Origin: Azolla caroliniana
Taxonomy: Eukaryota > Plantae > Polypodiophyta
DNA: 64,000 nt
NCBI GenBank assembly: GCA_043228905.1
Contig: JBHGNT010000005.1
Location: 14,260,001 to 14,324,000, forward strand
Direction: 5' to 3'
The position numbers and the translations under genes were made by a program. Below the pieces are notes generated by a model, which saw only the letters and a list, made by a program, of their open reading frames with translations, made no database searches and had not been told where the DNA came from. Below, piece after piece: positions 11,477 to 20,042 of this stretch. Numbering within the stretch: the first letter of the stretch is position 1; every line of letters starts with the position of its first letter.

Positions 11477-12286
11477 TGTCGTAGTGTAGGTTGCACACTA
11501 TGTGGAAATTATATTTTTGTCCCTCCGGATAGAGAATGGAGTGCTCGGTGAGAACCGGGAGGAAAAACGGCATACCGGCAAGGAGGAAAACGGCATACCG
11601 GCAAGGAAGAAAACGGCATACCGGCAAGGAGGAAAACGGATAAAGAGACATAAATGTAAAAAGAAAGGAAATACTCACTACTGCGCAGGGCGTGATTCGA
11701 ACTCTGCACCTCCACGTTGACAAACCCCAACCTTACCATTACATTAACTTATCTTAAGTGTTTTAAATATAGATTTAATACGTATAAGACCTTTATTTAT
11801 GCATACCTTTATTAAAAGGTAAATCGTGTATTTCTTTAATATATGAAAAAGAAAAAACACGAGACACTAAAAATAACTCATGCACATCTAGCGTGCATGA
11901 GCCCTATACTTAGGAAATAAAAAAAAAAGCATCACATGGACATTTAGTGGACATGAACACTTTTGTAAAGAGGCATGAAGCCATGCTTAGCTCTTCCTTC
12001 CTTATATAAGGAGGAGAGAAATATGTAAAGGGTTGTTGATTATTTGGATTAAGTATCAATCAATACAAAAATTATTCGTGGGATTCACGATTTATACATC
12101 TACTTCTCTCTTAACACCCTAAGTACCAATTAATATAGTATACTCGTGTGATTCACGAGTTTCTTATCTTTCTCTTTGCTATTTACTCATAATTAATCTC
12201 TATCTCACGAACTTCTTTCTCCTAGTCCAAGACCTCTGTGGTTCCCACCCGACTCACGCAACGATCCGGAGCCGAAAGGCACGACA
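11477..12286 (+). repeat. 5' LTR of C (810 bp), TATATAA near 12004
   Basis: TGTCGT...ACGACA ends; three 23-bp GGAAAACGGCATACCGGCAAGGA-type units. Confidence 0.96.
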
Positions 12287-12290
12287 CAGT

Positions 12291-12308
12291 TGGTGAACCC
12301 GACGTGAA
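12291..12308 (+). promoter_or_regulatory. PBS of C, tRNA-Trp, 4 nt from the LTR end
   Basis: TGGTGAACCCGACGTGAA after spacer CAGT. Confidence 0.85.
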
Positions 12309-12324
12309 AGCGGGTGGCAAGGAG

Positions 12325-14364
12325 ATGGAGGCTCAACAAGCTAACAATATGATGGCGATGTTCGAACGGATGCTTCAAGAACAACGCACGATGTCGGAGA
12401 TTTCGGCATCAGTAGAGCGGCTCGTGCAACGCAACGGGCAATTTAATGGTAAGGATGTGTCGCGATATTTGCAGGACTACAAGGCGGAGATGCTCCGGTG
12501 CCGGGCTTCGGAAGGACTGCAAGTGACATCCTTTAACCGGGTGGCGACCGACGGGCTTCAAGGGAGTATCCACGGGTTGCAACAACAAAATCCGACGTGG
12601 GAAGCATTCGAAGAGGCGTTAAAGACCACGTTTGCCATCGAGGACTCCTCCAAGGCAACGCGGAGGGGATTCGAGGATTGGGTGGAAACGTCAGGTAAGG
12701 GGCTGAAGGTCCTCGAAGTGTTTTCGACATTCGAAAGTCGGTTCAGGAGGTTGTCCGCGAGAGATCAAACTATTCTTGCACCGGACAAAGTCATCATGTT
12801 TTTGCGAGCTGTGGACGTCCGGGACCGGAAAGATCTCGGAGTGCTTCTTGAGGACACGACCACCGAAAGCGGCCTCACCGAAACATGGGAAAGCGTGCGG
12901 GATATCGTCGCGCGGTACACGAAGAGGGGGCAATGGCTTGCCAACGAAGAAAAGAGGGTTTCGGAACCGATTCCGAAACCAAGAACGGGACTGGAAGACC
13001 ATCAACCGAGGGCTCGGGAGATTACGGCCGAGAAGGGAGTCGACGCGTCTACGGTGGAGCAGCTACTGAAGGAGATGGAGAATCTAAAGATCGCGATGGT
13101 GAAGAAGTCGGATGACCGCCCCACAAGCTCCAAATATACGGATCGACGGTGCATATGGTGCGATAGCGCCGAACACGATCGGAGGGATTGCGACGACCAT
13201 AAGGAGGCGCTACGACGGGATCTCATCTACTACGAGGGAAACCGGATTCATTCGATGGACTCTCGGAAGCCACTCCGACCGAACTTCCGGAAAGGCGGCA
13301 TGAAGAAGGTGCTCGAGGAGGAGTTAGCGGCAAGAAGCAACTATGCGACAACCGCGGGAATATGTGTCGGGGAGTCAACGGGAGCGAAGGCGTCTTTCTG
13401 GCCGGAGGTGCTAGGAAACACCGAGAAAACCGACTCCAACGATATCCGAAACACTGCGGAAAGCGTCCGGGAAGCTACGGGATGGGAGTGCCCTGTCGAC
13501 AAGAATAGCATATACGCCCTGTGTCAATTACATGAGGTGTATGTGGACGAGAAACGACGGCGCACGGAGGATGCGGCCGGACCATCGAAGATACCGGAAA
13601 ACTGGAACTCCGGAGGTAAGGGAAAAGAAAAGGCGACTCCGGCATTCAAGCTCGCCTCGGACATAGAACAACAAACCGACTTGAAAAGAGTGTTCGAGGA
13701 AAGAATCTTGGATAGCCGGGTAGATTTTTCGCTGCGGGAACTACTCGGAATAGCGAAGAAGGAGTTTCACGATCTTCTCGTGGATCTCGTGAAAAGGAAG
13801 AGACAAAGTACGGAGGAAAATGCTCCAAGGGTGAATGCAAATACCGTTTCAATGAACGACACCGAAGTGGAAGGCGAAATTCCGAACTCCCACTATACAA
13901 GGCCACACTGGGCACGTGCGACTACGGAGACTCCGGTCCGAATCGGCAACATCAAAGAACCCGTGCTAGCATTGATTGATCACGGATCGGAGATCAACTT
14001 GATGTCCAAGGAGTTCTACCGAAAGGGGAAATGGCCTATAAACACCAACCATGGATGGAAGATTCGGGCAGCCACGAAAACGACAGAAGACCTATTTGCG
14101 GCTTGTCCGGATGTGACGGTAAAGATCGGGGATGTCGAAATTGACCAAAATTTCTTTGTGCAGGATGAGGTTTCACATTCTGTCATCCTCGGCCAACCCT
14201 TTATCACGGCTTCACGGATGGAGACGAAGGTGCTCGATAGTGGTGCGGCTTTTGCGCGAATTCGGAGCCAAAACGGAGGGAAATCCGTCCAATTCCTAAC
14301 GGTGCCTGCAAATCACGAAAGGAACAAGAGGGAACTCTTGTCCCAAGTGAGAATGGATTTTTAA
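12325..14364 (+). CDS. gag: Element C Gag-protease
   Basis: Same protein as B except one G/R change; CCHC knuckle and DHG protease. Confidence 0.93.
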   Translation: MEAQQANNMMAMFERMLQEQRTMSEISASVERLVQRNGQFNGKDVSRYLQDYKAEMLRCRASEGLQVTSFNRVATDGLQGSIHGLQQQNPTWEAFEEALKTTFAIEDSSKATRRGFEDWVETSGKGLKVLEVFSTFESRFRRLSARDQTILAPDKVIMFLRAVDVRDRKDLGVLLEDTTTESGLTETWESVRDIVARYTKRGQWLANEEKRVSEPIPKPRTGLEDHQPRAREITAEKGVDASTVEQLLKEMENLKIAMVKKSDDRPTSSKYTDRRCIWCDSAEHDRRDCDDHKEALRRDLIYYEGNRIHSMDSRKPLRPNFRKGGMKKVLEEELAARSNYATTAGICVGESTGAKASFWPEVLGNTEKTDSNDIRNTAESVREATGWECPVDKNSIYALCQLHEVYVDEKRRRTEDAAGPSKIPENWNSGGKGKEKATPAFKLASDIEQQTDLKRVFEERILDSRVDFSLRELLGIAKKEFHDLLVDLVKRKRQSTEENAPRVNANTVSMNDTEVEGEIPNSHYTRPHWARATTETPVRIGNIKEPVLALIDHGSEINLMSKEFYRKGKWPINTNHGWKIRAATKTTEDLFAACPDVTVKIGDVEIDQNFFVQDEVSHSVILGQPFITASRMETKVLDSGAAFARIRSQNGGKSVQFLTVPANHERNKRELLSQVRMDF

Positions 14365-14418
14365 AGCGGACTGTTGCGGAGTGGGGAAGTGATAGTCCGA
14401 GAAGCCCTGATACCCCAC
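14355..14418 (+). promoter_or_regulatory. Predicted -1 ribosomal frameshift signal (G_GAT_TTT plus H-type pseudoknot)
   Basis: Heptamer directly before the gag-PR stop; the -1 frame is open into pol; stem 1 14367-14377/14389-14399, stem 2 14381-14386/14413-14418. Confidence 0.75.
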
Positions 14419-17400
14419 ACAGGAAGAAAACTCTCGGAGCAAAACAAGTACGAATCGGGCCGGATGGGGCATCTACGTACACGGCCGTAACCGGAGGAAT
14501 GAAGAAACAATACCGACAAGTGGAGGATAAGTTACGGTCGGCATCAATAATAAAAGAAGACGAAGAAATCGTGGGAGTGATCGAGGAAGTGTTCTATGGG
14601 AATACACTACAACGGCTTGAAGAGCTTGCGGAAGATAAAAGCCAAGGGAACCGGGTAGTCCCGGTGGAATCGGTCGAGATGTACGAGATCGTTGCGAAAA
14701 TGGGGCCGGATGCGCTCCGCAAAGAAGAAGCAATGGTAAGTACAAAATACAAGACCGTGGAGAAGAAGGTGAAACCGGCCGCGGGACCACTACCCGCCGA
14801 TAGCGAACAAAAGAAGAAAGAAGTCTCGGGAGATCCGACACTTCGGAAGTCCGTGGATATCGGACATGCCTTCACAGATGAGACCCGGAAGAAACTTCGG
14901 ATCGGTGGAGGTGGGTTCCTCTTACAAGAAGAAGAAAAACGGTTTCGAGAGATGTTGGAGCAACACGGCAAAGCATTCGCGTTCACATCGAGGGAGATCG
15001 GATGCATTGATCCAAAGATAGTGGAGCCGATGGTGATTTTCACGATTGATCATGTACCGTGGAACCTGAAGCCGATTCCGGTGCCACGGGCGCATATTCC
15101 GAAAGTCATCGACTTGCTCAAGGAGAAGGTGGCGATGGGGATTCTAGAGCCATCAAGTGCTCCGTACTCAAATCGATGGTTTACGGTTCCGAAGAAGAAT
15201 GGGTCACTCCGATTCATCCAAGACTTGCAACCGGTGAACAAGGTCACGATCCGGAACTCGGGAGTCGGTCCGATAGTGGACGAATTCGCGGAAGCTTTTG
15301 CCGGACGTGCGATATACTCCATCGGGGACCTATACTCGGGGTATGACCAATTCCAACTAGCCGTGGAGAGCCGAGACATCACTACCATGCGGACACCGAT
15401 AGGACTAGTTCGAATGTGCACACTACCACAAGGAGCGACAAACTCGGTTGCACATATGATGAACGCGATGAACAAGGTGCTTCGAGATTGCATCCCGGAG
15501 ATAACGATGCCGTTTCTAGATGACATTCCGATGAAAGGATGCGCGGTGGAAGAAAAAGATGAGACTATGGATGATCGGGGATGCCGAAAGTTCGTGGTCG
15601 ACCATATTCATGATTGCGAGAAAGTGTTGCGAAAGCTAGAAGATGTGCACCTAACACTTTCCGGGGAGAAATCGGCATTCGGGCAAGAAGAAATATTGGT
15701 GGTCGGACATCTATGTGGACCCTACGGCCGAAGACCGTCACCAACAAAGATCGATGCGATTCAAGCTATGAAGGAAGTATGTGAGTCAACATCGGAAGTC
15801 CGAAGGTTTCTGGGTGCGTGTGCATTCTATCACATATGGATTCCGCACTATGCACATATAGCGGACCCGCTCTATCACTTGTTGCGGAAAGGTAAGAAAT
15901 TCGAGTGGAAACCGGAACACACTAAAGCCATGAGGAAGCTCAAGAAGACACTATGGAGGGCGGAATCACTTAAGAAGCCAAACTACGAGCGGCCAATCAT
16001 AGTAACGGTTGATACAAGTCCAACCGGTATCGGGTGGGTCATCAATCAAGCCGACTCGGATGGTTCGCGGTATCCGATCCGATTTGGAGCAAAGGTCCTC
16101 AACGAAAGGCAACGCGGATATGCACAAGTCAAAAGAGAATTGTGGGGAGTCGTGTCGGCGATAAAATCGGATCGGGATTATTTGATCGGAGCTGAAGTGG
16201 TGATCGAGACGGATTGTCTTCCGATACTCGGGATGATGCGGTGTTGTACGATACCGGATGTGGCTATGCTAAGGTGGATTGCATATGTCAAGTCACTTAA
16301 TCCGGAGGTTCGACACATCTCGGGGAAGGACAACGCGGTAGCGGACATGTTATCGAGGGCGCGGTTTGAAGACGACATAACCGAATCAGATAATAAAGAA
16401 GTTTCCGAAGACTACTTCACATCAGAACACATATGCCGAGTGAACGTGATCCGAGAATTCCGGGAAGAAGAATACGAGGGGGAAACCTTGATGATCGGGA
16501 AGATGCTACAAGAGGTCGAGGATTCAACCAATGATAAAGAAAGGAGAGCCGAGATCCGAAGGAAGAAGAGGCAAGTCCAAAAGTTCTTCTTGGAAAACGG
16601 TTTAATATGGAGGACGCCGAAAAGACCGGATGGGATACCACTTCGAGTAGTCGGGACGAAAGAGCAACGAAACCGGATAATGTCCGAGTTCCACGAATCC
16701 GATTGGGCTGGACATCGAGGAACATGGGCAACTTTTGCGAAAATCAAGCAAAGATATTGGTGGAAGAACATGTATAAAGATGTCGCGGAGTTCACAGAAA
16801 GCTGCGAGAAATGTCAAGTCTACTCCGGGGTCCGACACCGAGATGAGCTGCATCCGACATTCTCACCGACAATCAACTTCAAGTGGATGGTCGACATTGT
16901 AGCTATGCCGACCGGGATTGGACAAAAGAAATACTTGGTGTTAGCTCGAGAAGATCTCACAAACCAAGTTGAAGGTCGAGCGCTTCGGAGGAAAACGTGT
17001 GCCGCGGTGTGCCAATTTCTTTTGGAAGAAGTGTTTTGTAGGTACGGTTGCGTAGGACAAGTGATTGCGGACCGGGGAGAGCTCGACTCGGACAAAGCTA
17101 GGGGATTCTTCGCCAAACATGGAGTTCGGTTAACGTTGACAACGGCCTACAATCCGGAGGCCAACGGGAAGATCGAACGAGGACATAGTCCGATCGTGAA
17201 AGCACTTGCGAAGGCATGCGACGGAAGGGTGAAGGATTGGCCACAAATGCTTCCGTATGCACTATGGGCGGATCGGACGACGCATAGCTCCGTGACCGGT
17301 TACATGCCGGCAGAACTCATGACCGGACAAGCACCGGTAATGCCAACGGAAACCGCAATCGCGACATGGACAATACTACCGTGGAAGGAAGAGATGAGCC

Positions 17401-17966
17401 GGGAAGAACTACTCGCGGTCCGGATACGACAACTGGAGGGAAGACCGAAAGATGTAGCGGAAGCGTCACGCCGACAACAAGAAGCACGGTTCCGGAACAA
17501 AAGCCGGTTCGACACAAAGCACCGACTACGACCGAGGAGGATTGAAGAAGGAGATTGGGTGATCGTCTATGATAGTAGCTTGGACCATCAACATACAACG
17601 ATGCGGAAATTCGCGAAAAGGTGGTTCGGGCCGTACGAGGTTCGGAAGGTCTTCGACAACGGGACGTACCGACTGTCCGAGTTGGATGGAACAATACTAC
17701 GAGTGCCTATAGCCGGGAAGCGGGTGAAGATTTTCAAGAAGCGGACCGACGACAAACCTTATGTGATCCAAGTCGAGGCCGACAACGAGGAGCAATCGGA
17801 CGAAGACCACAATGATGCGGGAAGCGAAGAAAGTGAATTACAACTCATAGTCGACATAAGGGGAGAATCGGAGGAAGTTTCGGATGAAGACGGATACGAA
17901 GAATCAAGAACTTCGGCACATACCGGAGGATGTGCGGGTTTGGAGGGGGCGAGTGTCGTAGTGTAG
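14355..17966 (+). CDS. pol: Element C Pol (RT-RH-INT); first ATG at 14499
   Basis: 1155-aa ORF identical to B Pol; runs through the PPT into the 3' LTR. Confidence 0.95.
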   Translation, partial: GFLKRTVAEWGSDSPRSPDTPHRKKTLGAKQVRIGPDGASTYTAVTGGMKKQYRQVEDKLRSASIIKEDEEIVGVIEEVFYGNTLQRLEELAEDKSQGNRVVPVESVEMYEIVAKMGPDALRKEEAMVSTKYKTVEKKVKPAAGPLPADSEQKKKEVSGDPTLRKSVDIGHAFTDETRKKLRIGGGGFLLQEEEKRFREMLEQHGKAFAFTSREIGCIDPKIVEPMVIFTIDHVPWNLKPIPVPRAHIPKVIDLLKEKVAMGILEPSSAPYSNRWFTVPKKNGSLRFIQDLQPVNKVTIRNSGVGPIVDEFAEAFAGRAIYSIGDLYSGYDQFQLAVESRDITTMRTPIGLVRMCTLPQGATNSVAHMMNAMNKVLRDCIPEITMPFLDDIPMKGCAVEEKDETMDDRGCRKFVVDHIHDCEKVLRKLEDVHLTLSGEKSAFGQEEILVVGHLCGPYGRRPSPTKIDAIQAMKEVCESTSEVRRFLGACAFYHIWIPHYAHIADPLYHLLRKGKKFEWKPEHTKAMRKLKKTLWRAESLKKPNYERPIIVTVDTSPTGIGWVINQADSDGSRYPIRFGAKVLNERQRGYAQVKRELWGVVSAIKSDRDYLIGAEVVIETDCLPILGMMRCCTIPDVAMLRWIAYVKSLNPEVRHISGKDNAVADMLSRARFEDDITESDNKEVSEDYFTSEHICRVNVIREFREEEYEGETLMIGKMLQEVEDSTNDKERRAEIRRKKRQVQKFFLENGLIWRTPKRPDGIPLRVVGTKEQRNRIMSEFHESDWAGHRGTWATFAKIKQRYWWKNMYKDVAEFTESCEKCQVYSGVRHRDELHPTFSPTINFKWMVDIVAMPTGIGQKKYLVLAREDLTNQVEGRALRRKTCAAVCQFLLEEVFCRYGCVGQVIADRGELDSDKARGFFAKHGVRLTLTTAYNPEANGKIERGHSPIVKALAKACDGRVKDWPQMLPYALWADRTTHSSVTGYMPAELMTGQAPVMPTETAIATWTILPWKEEMSREELLAVRIRQLEGRPKDVAEASRRQQEARFRNKSRFDTKHRLRPRRIEEGDWVIVYDSSLDHQHTTMRKFAKRWFGPYEVRKVFDNGTYRLSELDGTILRVPIAGKRVKIFKKRTDDKPYVIQVEADNEEQSDEDHNDAGSEESELQLIVDIRGESEEVSDEDGYEESRTSAHTGGCAGLEGASVVV

Positions 17967-18762
17967 GTTGCACACTATGTGGAAATTATATTTTTGTCCC
18001 TCCGGATAGAGAATGGAGTGCTCGGTGAGAACCGGGAGGAAAAACGGCATACCGGCAAGGAGGAAAACGGCATACCGGCAAGGAAGAAAACGGCATACCG
18101 GCAAGGAGGAAAACGGATAAAGAGACATAAATGTAAAAAGAAAGGAAATACTCACTACTGCGCAGGGCGTGATTCGAACTCTGCACCTCCACGTTGACAA
18201 ACCCCAACCTTACCATTACATTAACTTATCTTAAGTGTTTTAAATATAGATTTAATACGTATAAGACCTTTATTTATGCATACCTTTATTAAAAGGTAAA
18301 TCGTGTATTTCTTTAATATATGAAAAAGAAAAAACACGAGACACTAAAAATAACTCATGCACATCTAGCGTGCATGAGCCCTATACTTAGGAAATAAAAA
18401 AAAAGCATCACATGGACATTTAGTGGACATGAACACTTTTGTAAAGAGGCATGAAGCCATGCTTAGCTCTTCCTTCCTTATATAAGGAGGAGAGAAATAT
18501 GTAAAGGGTTGTTGATTATTTGGATTAAGTATCAATCAATACAAAAATTATTCGTGGGATTCACGATTTATACATCTACTTCTCTCTTAACACCCTAAGT
18601 ACCAATTAATATAGTATACTCGTGTGATTCACGAGTTTCTTATCTTTCTCTTTGCTATTTACTCATAATTAATCTCTATCTCACGAACTTCTTTCTCCTA
18701 GTCCAAGACCTCTGTGGTTCCCACCCGACTCACGCAACGATCCGGAGCCGAAAGGCACGACA
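17954..18762 (+). repeat. 3' LTR of C (809 bp), preceded by PPT GGAGGGGGCGAG
   Basis: Near-identical to 11477-12286. Confidence 0.96.
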
Positions 18763-19858
18763 GCGGTTCCGACAAATAGTCGGAAGCCTTATCTATTTGA
18801 CAATCACCCGACCCGACATCAGTTATCCGGTCGGCGTGATCAGCCAATATATGCAACAGCCGACCGTGGAGCACCTTCTGTGCGCATCAAATACTGCAGT
18901 ATGTGAGCGGCACGAAGGACCGGGGACTGTTATACCAGCGAGGTATAACTGAAGAGCTAGTCGGTTACACGGATGCCGATTGGGCCGGCGATGCATTAGA
19001 TCGCCGATAAACTTCCGGTTACATTTTTTCCCTAAGTAGCGCGGTTGTTGTGTGGAGCAGCAAAAAGCAGCCAACAGTGGCTCTGTCGAGCACTGAGGCT
19101 GAATACTGGGGCGCTACCGTTGCCACCTGTTGTCACAGACACACCAAGCGCGAACTAAGACGGAGCACAGATAATGAGGCTACGACAGAGCAATGACGGA
19201 ATGACACAAGAGCATAAAGATAGAGATGAAGATTAAGGAGACAAGATTGGGCGAAATGAGAATACTAGATTGATATGTCCATAACTGGCGTTGTTCACCT
19301 TGAATTCCTTTAAGGTGAACTCAACTATTTATACTAAGTGGCATGCATACCTGTTGCATGCATGTGATACAATAGAGCATGTAGGCAGTAGGTACGCATG
19401 CATGTGCCAAGTGTAATTAATACAAGGGAGAAATTATGCACATGATGCTAGCTAAAACCTACAATGAGGAAGTATATACATGATTATATGCTAGATGTGT
19501 GGTTAACACATAACACTCGATTATAACATGGTCATGTCAAGAGTTTGAATCTTGACACCTGTTAAGCCATTTGGCTTCGGCGACTGCTGCAAGACCTGCG
19601 GATCGAGGTGCCGACCCCGATCCTGATCTACTACAACAACATCAGCAGCATGCAGCTCGCCAAAACCCCGATGTTCCATGCTCGCACAAAGCGCATAGAA
19701 GTGTATTATCACTTCGTGCGTGAGCGGGTCCTGAGCGGTGAAGTCGAACTTTGGTATGTTCATACGGGTCGGCAAGTTGTCGACATCTTCACCAAACCGC
19801 TCGGATCGGACAAGTTGCAGCACTTCACCGAAATGCTTGGTGTTCAGCATCTTGACGT
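18763..19858 (+). pseudogene. Copia A RT-RNase H fragment, split by a solo LTR
   Basis: IVGSLIYLTITRPDI, GYTDADWAG, WSSKKQPTVALSSTEAEY, HARTKRIEV, DIFTKPL. Confidence 0.92.
19131..19557 (-). mobile_element. Solo LTR (427 bp), 5-bp TSD CCTGT
   Basis: TGTCA...TGACA ends; TSD 19126-19130/19558-19562; TATAAATA on the minus strand near 19325-19332. Confidence 0.9.
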
Positions 19859-19985
19859 TGTTGTGTTTTTACGCGCGTGCGTGGAGAAAGGCGGGACCAC
19901 GGGGGTCTTGGACTAGGGAGTGATGGAGCGTAGGAAGTCGTGCTTCACCATCTCCGGGGCATCCCAGAAGCACACCGGAAGCAAC

Positions 19986-20042
<57 letters not shown>

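Larger units (their letters stand above)
11477..18762 (+). mobile_element. Ty3/gypsy element C, full length, same family as B; 4-bp TSD GCGG; very recent
   Basis: LTRs 11477-12286 and 17954-18762 differ only by one A in a poly-A run as far as seen; TSD restores the host EKRFRQIV frame. Confidence 0.97.

Noticed and set aside
11561-11640. 23-bp repeats in B/C LTRs as a CRISPR-like array
   Set aside because: Head-to-tail units with no unique spacers; an ordinary U3 tandem repeat in a eukaryote
12238-12324. GTG start of the 708-aa ORF (also 8326 in B)
   Set aside because: Lies in the LTR U5/PBS; the ATG at 12325 is more plausible
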